NCBI GenBank assembly: GCA_013140555.1
Contig: JABFSO010000271.1
Span: 1 to 43,300 of the forward strand
Reading direction: 5' to 3'
Source: Cyclobacteriaceae bacterium
GTDB taxonomy: Bacteria; Bacteroidota; Bacteroidia; Cytophagales; Cyclobacteriaceae
DNA length: 43,300 bases
The notes below the pieces were generated by a model. The model ran no database searches. It was given only the letters and a program-made list of their open reading frames with translations, and was not told the origin of the DNA. Of the stretch, positions 38,061-43,300 are shown in pieces; within the stretch, counting starts at the first letter, position 1, and each line of letters starts with the position of its first letter. The translations under genes were made by a program, and so were the position numbers.

Positions 38061-40220
38061 ATGTTGAATAACGATCAAATCCATCGTTGCTTGCGCGAAG
38101 TAGCTGCAGCAACTCATCACAGCTTCAACTTAGAAGATCTACGCCATGTGGAGGCCAACCAGCGTTGGTATAATAATGATGATTTTGTAGAATTTAAAAG
38201 AGATTTAACCGAGGCAGGTAATAAGATTCGCATCCTGTTGATGGAAAATCAGCTGGATGAAAAAACCTTCTTCGACTTTTTTGAAGAGCAGTCCGCACCC
38301 GTGCTTACTTTTTTTGCCGAAGGCACAGAAATGTTTCCGGCATTGCTGGTACCCGGTAAAAAAGAGTTAAAAGTAGTGTGTATTAAAAAAGGTGAGACAA
38401 CGAATGTAGCATTTGATCGAAATCAGCTTTTGAAAAATGAGAAAGGCGAAATCACCTTCTTTGCGATCTTCTCTTACGAAAGCCCGGTGAGCATTGCAAC
38501 CGAAGAAGGGGTAAAACCAACACCGGCACGCAGATTATTTCAATTGCTGAAAACAGAGAAAAAAGAAATCTTTTACATTTTGTTTTATGCATTAGTCGTT
38601 GGTTTGATCAGTTTGATTGTACCGCTCGGCATTCAGACAACCGTAGAGTTGATTTCGGGAGGAGTAATATTTAGTTCAGTTTATCTCATGATCGGCTTGG
38701 TGATTGTTGGTGTGATTTTGAGCGGAGGATTGCAGATGGTCCAAATCAGTTTGGTAGAATTTCTTCAACGAAGAATTTTTACGAAAGCGGCATTTGAATT
38801 TGCCTTCCGTATTCCACGCATTCGGTTAGAGGCTTTGCACAAGAGCTATGCACCAGAGTTGATCAACCGCTTTTTTGATGTAATGACCATTCAGAAAGGG
38901 TTGCCCAAATTATTGATTGATTTATCGTCATCGGCCATTCAGATTTTGTTTGGGTTGTTGCTCATTTCTTTATACCACCCATTCTTCGTCTTTTTTGGAT
39001 TGATACTTCTCTTATCGCTTACGCTGATTTTCTATTACACCGGCCCACGCGGGTTGAACTCTTCCATTCAGGAATCAAAATACAAATACAAAGTAGCACA
39101 GTGGCTGGAAGAATTGGGCCGGGCTATTCACTCATTTAAGTTGGCCGGAAACACCGAGTTGCCCATTCGCAAAACGGACTACAACGTAAATAGCTATTTA
39201 AAAAACCGGAAGATTCATTTTAATGTGTTGTTGTTGCAATACGCATGTATTGTGCTTTTCAAAGCTTTGATCATTGGTGGGTTGTTGATTATGGGCACAT
39301 TGCTTGTAGTCGATCGCCAAATCACATTAGGCCAATTAGTAGCTTCTGAAATTGTAATCATTTTGATTTTGAATGCAGTGGAGAAAATAATCATGTATAT
39401 GGATGTAGTATATGATTTATTAACAGCTGTGGATAAAGTAGCGCATGTTACCGATTTACCGATTGAGCGCACCGGTGGTTTTGACTTTCCGAAATTGAAC
39501 GATGAAGGGTTTTCCGTGCGCCTGAAAGATTTGAAATACAAATACACCGATTCATCGACTTATGCTTTGGCAGGTGTGGATCTGGAGATTCAAGCTGGTG
39601 AGAAAATCTGCTTAACCGGCACCACCAATTCAGGCAAATCTACTTTAGTGAATATCATCTCCGGATTGTATAGCAATTATGAAGGTGTGGCCACTATCAA
39701 TCAATATTCTCTTCGCGATTTAGACCTTACCCATTTGCACGATTATGTGGCTAAAAATATTTCGCGCGAAGATTTATTTGATGGAACCATCTTAGAGAAC
39801 GTAACCGTTGGTAAGCCATCGGAGACAGTAGAAGATGCATTGGGCGCATTAAAAGAAGTAGGTATTTTAGATCAGGTACATGCTATGCCCGAAGGCATCA
39901 GCACACCATTGCTGAGTGGAGGTATTGGCCTTTCCAATTCATTTTGCTACAAACTGATTCTAGCCCGCTGCTTAGCCGAGAAGCCACGCCTGCTCATCTT
40001 AAAAGACTTTTTTCAAGTGCTTTCGAAAAAAGAAAAAATGGAATTGTTAGCAACACTGAACCACCCATCGGTGAAGCGAACCATCCTGTATGTGTCCAAT
40101 GATCCGTTGATCATGAGCAGCTGCGATCGAGTAGTAGCGCTTGATCAGGGCCGCGTAAAAGCAATTGGAACGATGGAAGAATTATTGAAGAACGAACAAT
40201 TAAGAGGAATTTTAGACTAA
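38061..40220 (+). CDS. T1SS ABC transporter (HlyB/peptidase-domain-like) with degenerate NBD
   Basis: About 150-aa N-terminal extension, a TM domain (ITLGQLVASE) and Walker A GTTNSGKST. Signature reads LSNSF, Walker B LLILKD and H-loop SND. Confidence 0.85.
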   Translation: MLNNDQIHRCLREVAAATHHSFNLEDLRHVEANQRWYNNDDFVEFKRDLTEAGNKIRILLMENQLDEKTFFDFFEEQSAPVLTFFAEGTEMFPALLVPGKKELKVVCIKKGETTNVAFDRNQLLKNEKGEITFFAIFSYESPVSIATEEGVKPTPARRLFQLLKTEKKEIFYILFYALVVGLISLIVPLGIQTTVELISGGVIFSSVYLMIGLVIVGVILSGGLQMVQISLVEFLQRRIFTKAAFEFAFRIPRIRLEALHKSYAPELINRFFDVMTIQKGLPKLLIDLSSSAIQILFGLLLISLYHPFFVFFGLILLLSLTLIFYYTGPRGLNSSIQESKYKYKVAQWLEELGRAIHSFKLAGNTELPIRKTDYNVNSYLKNRKIHFNVLLLQYACIVLFKALIIGGLLIMGTLLVVDRQITLGQLVASEIVIILILNAVEKIIMYMDVVYDLLTAVDKVAHVTDLPIERTGGFDFPKLNDEGFSVRLKDLKYKYTDSSTYALAGVDLEIQAGEKICLTGTTNSGKSTLVNIISGLYSNYEGVATINQYSLRDLDLTHLHDYVAKNISREDLFDGTILENVTVGKPSETVEDALGALKEVGILDQVHAMPEGISTPLLSGGIGLSNSFCYKLILARCLAEKPRLLILKDFFQVLSKKEKMELLATLNHPSVKRTILYVSNDPLIMSSCDRVVALDQGRVKAIGTMEELLKNEQLRGILD

Positions 40221-40226
40221 GCCGAT

Positions 40227-41516
40227 ATGCTCAACATTTCATCTCAATCGGTCAAAGAAAAAATGCCGCAAGAGAAATTATATTCTTTGCGCTCGCTGGA
40301 AACACCGCTGGCCGGAAAGTTATTAGCCAAGTGGTTGCTCGGTATGCTCATTTTATTCTTTGTCATTTTATTTTTGCCATGGCAGCAGAACATTCGTGGC
40401 AAAGGAAAGGTAACGGCACTATCGCCCAGCAATAGGCCGCAAACTATTGAGACGACCATTGCTGGTCGTATTCAAGTTTGGAAAATAAAAGAAGGACAGT
40501 TTGTTAATAAGTCCGACACCATCGCCATCATCAGCGAGGTAAAAGAAAAGTATTTTGACCCGCAAATGCTCTCGCGCCTACAACAAGTGATTACCGCGAA
40601 AGAGCAAAGTCTGCAATCCAAAGATCAGAAAGCAAAAGCTTTGCAACGGCAGATACGTGCATTAGAAGATGGTATGCGAACCAAAATGGATCAGGCGAAA
40701 TCTAAATTGGAAGCAGAACGCGTGCGCTTCAACAACTTTAAAAGTCAATATGAGCGAAGTAAAAAGCTTTTTGAAGCAGGCAATATTACACTCACCAAGT
40801 TTCAGGACATCGAGTACAAGTATCAGGGCAGCGAAGCAGATTTTGTTAATGCTGAAATTGAAATTGAACGTGTGCAGGCTGAGTACCTCGACAAAATCAA
40901 CAAGGCCGAATCTGATTTGAACAATACACTCTCTGAGCAATTTGATACACAAGCCGATTTAGCCAAACTGCGCAATGAGTTGAGCAATATGGAAATTCGA
41001 AGCCAGCAATATTTTATTCTGGCACCGCAAGCGGGCTATGTCGTAAAAGCCACACAAGCAGGTATTGGAGAGACCATCAAAGAGGGAGATCCGGTCTGTA
41101 CAATTATGCCACAATCGGAAGATGTAGCAGTAGAAATGCATGTGAAAGCAATGGATGTTCCGTTGATTAGCCGAGGCAGAAAAGTTCGTATTGAGTTTGA
41201 TGGATTTCCGGCCTTGCAGTTTAGCGGATGGCCAAGTATTTCAGTGGGAACATTTGGTGGCACAGTAGAAGTTATTGACTATGTCAATTCAAAGCCCGGT
41301 GAGTTTCGCATTTTAGTAATACCTGATAAAACTGATGTGGAGTGGCCTAAGCAAGTACGCATGGGCTCCGGCATCAAAGGATGGGTCATGCTGGACAATG
41401 TAAGTGTGTGGTACGAACTGTGGCGTCAGTTGAATGGCTTCCCTCCAAGCTTATATCAAGAGCCGGTGGATGAAGATGCGAAAGCAAAAACTAAAGAATC
41501 GAAGGAAGCAGAGTAA
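40227..41516 (+). CDS. HlyD-family T1SS membrane fusion protein
   Basis: LPWQQN..G.G, GRI.....EG..V, coiled coil, APQAGYV and FDGFPALQFSGWP. Confidence 0.9.
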   Translation: MLNISSQSVKEKMPQEKLYSLRSLETPLAGKLLAKWLLGMLILFFVILFLPWQQNIRGKGKVTALSPSNRPQTIETTIAGRIQVWKIKEGQFVNKSDTIAIISEVKEKYFDPQMLSRLQQVITAKEQSLQSKDQKAKALQRQIRALEDGMRTKMDQAKSKLEAERVRFNNFKSQYERSKKLFEAGNITLTKFQDIEYKYQGSEADFVNAEIEIERVQAEYLDKINKAESDLNNTLSEQFDTQADLAKLRNELSNMEIRSQQYFILAPQAGYVVKATQAGIGETIKEGDPVCTIMPQSEDVAVEMHVKAMDVPLISRGRKVRIEFDGFPALQFSGWPSISVGTFGGTVEVIDYVNSKPGEFRILVIPDKTDVEWPKQVRMGSGIKGWVMLDNVSVWYELWRQLNGFPPSLYQEPVDEDAKAKTKESKEAE

Positions 41517-41519
41517 CCT

Positions 41520-42986
41520 ATGAACAAAAAAATTCTTTCTTGTTTGTTTCTATTATTTGCAATTGCCGGTCATGCGCAAATTTCGCTTGATTCAGTTTTT
41601 GTGTTGCCCGATTCCATCAAGCCATTTTCATTGGATGGCATCTATGCAGCTATGTTAGAGTATCACCCGGTGGTGAAGCAGGCTTACTTATTAAATGAAA
41701 CTGCACGCCAAGAAATACGCATGGCACGTGGCGCGTTCGATCCGAAAGTGCAAGCCGATTTGAGCATCAAGGAATACAAAGACAAAGAGTACTACAATAA
41801 ATTTAAAACGTCACTGAGTATTCCAACGTGGTTTCCGCTCGATCCGAAAATTGGTTTTGAACGCAACACCGGGCAGTTTCTCGATCCGGAAGATATTGTA
41901 GGTGGTGCACCGGGCAACAGTCAATTGACCACCGGCATTTCACTTCCGCTGGGTCGTGGTTTATTTACCGATGACAGACGTGCCGCACTGAAGCAGGCTA
42001 AGTTGTTTACCAAACTCGCAGAGGCCGAGCAAATAAAATTGGTAAACAAGATTTTGCTGGAAGCGGCCAAAGATTACTGGCAATGGTATTTTTCTTATTA
42101 TAATTATCGATTACTCAGCCGCAGCACGATTATCGCTACGGAAATTTTCAGACGTGTAAAATTAGATGCCAGCTTGGGCGAAGCATCAGCCATTGATACC
42201 ATTCAAGCCAAGATCACCTTGCAGCAGCGACTAGTAGAACGACAAGAATCTTATTTGGAATTTCTAAATACAGGAATCCGGATGTCAAATTATTTGTGGG
42301 ATAATGGCGGGTATCCGGTGCAACTTTCGGCAGACGTAGCCCCCATTCTATTACCCACTGAAGCACAGTTGTTATCCACACAAACGCTGAACGAATTGAT
42401 TTTTTTGGCGAAGCAAAATCATCCGGAATTAATAAAGCTGCGCACCAAAATTGATCAACTGGAAATTGAGCGCAAGCTGGCTTCCGAATATCTGAAACCA
42501 CGATTGGATTTGAATTACAACTTCATCAACCAACCATTAATACCAAACGGATCGTTCAATTCACCTTCTATCGGCAAAGATTACAAGTTCGGATTAGATT
42601 TTTCAATGCCCATTTTATTACGAAAAGAACGGGCGAAGTTGGCGCTCACCAAAGTGAAAATTCAAAGTACCCAATGGGAGCAATCACAAGCAGAGCGTGA
42701 AATTGTGAATCAAATTAATGTGGTGTACAATCAGATTGTAAACACAGGTCAGATATTAGTGCAGCAAACAGAAGTGGCTGAAAACTACACACGCTTGTTG
42801 CGGGCAGAATTAATTAACCTGGAGAATGGTGAAAGCGATTTGTTTAAGATTAACGTACAACAAGAGAAGCTCATCCTTTCGCAATCAAAATTGTTAAAGC
42901 TGAAAGCAGAATACGAAAAAATGAAAGCGACCATGTATTGGGCTGCCGGTGTTCGCAACCTCAATTATAGTGCGAAAACAGATTAA
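41520..42986 (+). CDS. TolC-family outer membrane protein
   Basis: Signal peptide, HP..KQA, ARGAFDP, PLGRGL and GESDLF. Completes the ABC-MFP-OMF operon. Confidence 0.9.
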   Translation: MNKKILSCLFLLFAIAGHAQISLDSVFVLPDSIKPFSLDGIYAAMLEYHPVVKQAYLLNETARQEIRMARGAFDPKVQADLSIKEYKDKEYYNKFKTSLSIPTWFPLDPKIGFERNTGQFLDPEDIVGGAPGNSQLTTGISLPLGRGLFTDDRRAALKQAKLFTKLAEAEQIKLVNKILLEAAKDYWQWYFSYYNYRLLSRSTIIATEIFRRVKLDASLGEASAIDTIQAKITLQQRLVERQESYLEFLNTGIRMSNYLWDNGGYPVQLSADVAPILLPTEAQLLSTQTLNELIFLAKQNHPELIKLRTKIDQLEIERKLASEYLKPRLDLNYNFINQPLIPNGSFNSPSIGKDYKFGLDFSMPILLRKERAKLALTKVKIQSTQWEQSQAEREIVNQINVVYNQIVNTGQILVQQTEVAENYTRLLRAELINLENGESDLFKINVQQEKLILSQSKLLKLKAEYEKMKATMYWAAGVRNLNYSAKTD

Positions 42987-43269
42987 CGATTAAGGATTGA
43001 ATCGACAATTTCTTTCGAAACGCGCACAGCTGAATTAAGTGCGCCACTCACAGAACCTGCATCACCACTGAAATCAGTAGCCTCACCCGCAAAGTATATC
43101 TTTTTTGAAACAGGAGCCGCCAGCGTTTTTCGATCTTGCAAAGTAGCTCCAACAAGTGGGTATGAGAATCCGCCTTTCGTAAATTCATCGGTGGTCCAAT
43201 CCTTCACCAGCGAAATAATGTTGCTGTCGTTGCTCACATTATTTAAATCTCTTCGGATGTATTTAGTGC
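42983..43269 (-). CDS. Flavin monoamine oxidase-family protein, C-terminal fragment
   Basis: DW..DEF.KGGFSYP, IYFAGEAT and GSVSGALNS. The upstream part is replaced by the terminal inverted repeat. Confidence 0.8.
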
Positions 43270-43300
43270 CCGAAGAGATTTAAATAATGTGAGCAACGAC
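43226..43300. repeat. Perfect 31-bp inverted repeat with 13-nt loop, running to the window end
   Basis: GTCGTTGCTCACATTATTTAAATCTCTTCGG (43226-43256) and its exact reverse complement (43270-43300). Confidence 0.95.

Noticed and set aside
42983-43269. Amine oxidase as the degrading arm of the amine module
   Set aside because: It lies about 15 kb away, separated by housekeeping genes, and its substrate cannot be inferred from a fragment.
43226-43300. Hairpin telomere or mobile-element end
   Set aside because: The arm is ordinary coding sequence of the oxidase gene, and no protelomerase or transposase is present in the window.
1-43300. Short ORFs antisense to or nested within the called genes (e.g. 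2392-2856, 8045-8446, 16508-16936, 33186-33635)
   Set aside because: Shadow ORFs of well-supported genes with no recognisable motifs.
1-43300. CRISPR array, tRNA/rRNA, IS element or prophage
   Set aside because: Intergenic gaps are all short. By eye there are no spaced direct repeats, cloverleaf, transposase, integrase or phage structural genes. A covariance-model search was not possible.

Overview
Bacterial chromosomal fragment from a Bacteroidota organism, most likely Cytophagales. This is inferred from TAnnTTTG -7 promoter boxes, a T9SS C-terminal sorting domain, a long NusB and the nusB-YtxH-DUF1573-yajC-YbbR-coaE cluster. The backbone is housekeeping (rfbB, wecA-like, pheS, hbd, nusB, yajC, coaE, scpA, dxs, rocD), plus an RND efflux operon with a frameshifted permease and a TetR-T1SS operon. 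Two accessory blocks stand out. (1) 4267-7913: a beta-propeller lipoprotein plus a T9SS-secreted S8 protease whose natural ATG is followed by an in-frame TGA at codon 3. (2) 19743-28298, the best candidate for an undescribed system: an arylalkylamine-N-acetyltransferase-like GNAT and two tandem paralogous group II PLP decarboxylases, transcribed divergently from an orphan 1760-aa Ser/Thr kinase-STAND ATPase-GAF-His kinase. The two decarboxylases have lost complementary active-site elements: one keeps the cis PLP residues, the other keeps the trans-acting loops. This suggests an obligate heterodimer making an amine that is then N-acylated. The window ends in a 31-bp perfect fold-back inside a flavin amine oxidase gene, probably an artefact. 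No rRNA, tRNA, CRISPR array, transposase or phage gene was seen. All calls come from motif reading only; no database searches were run.
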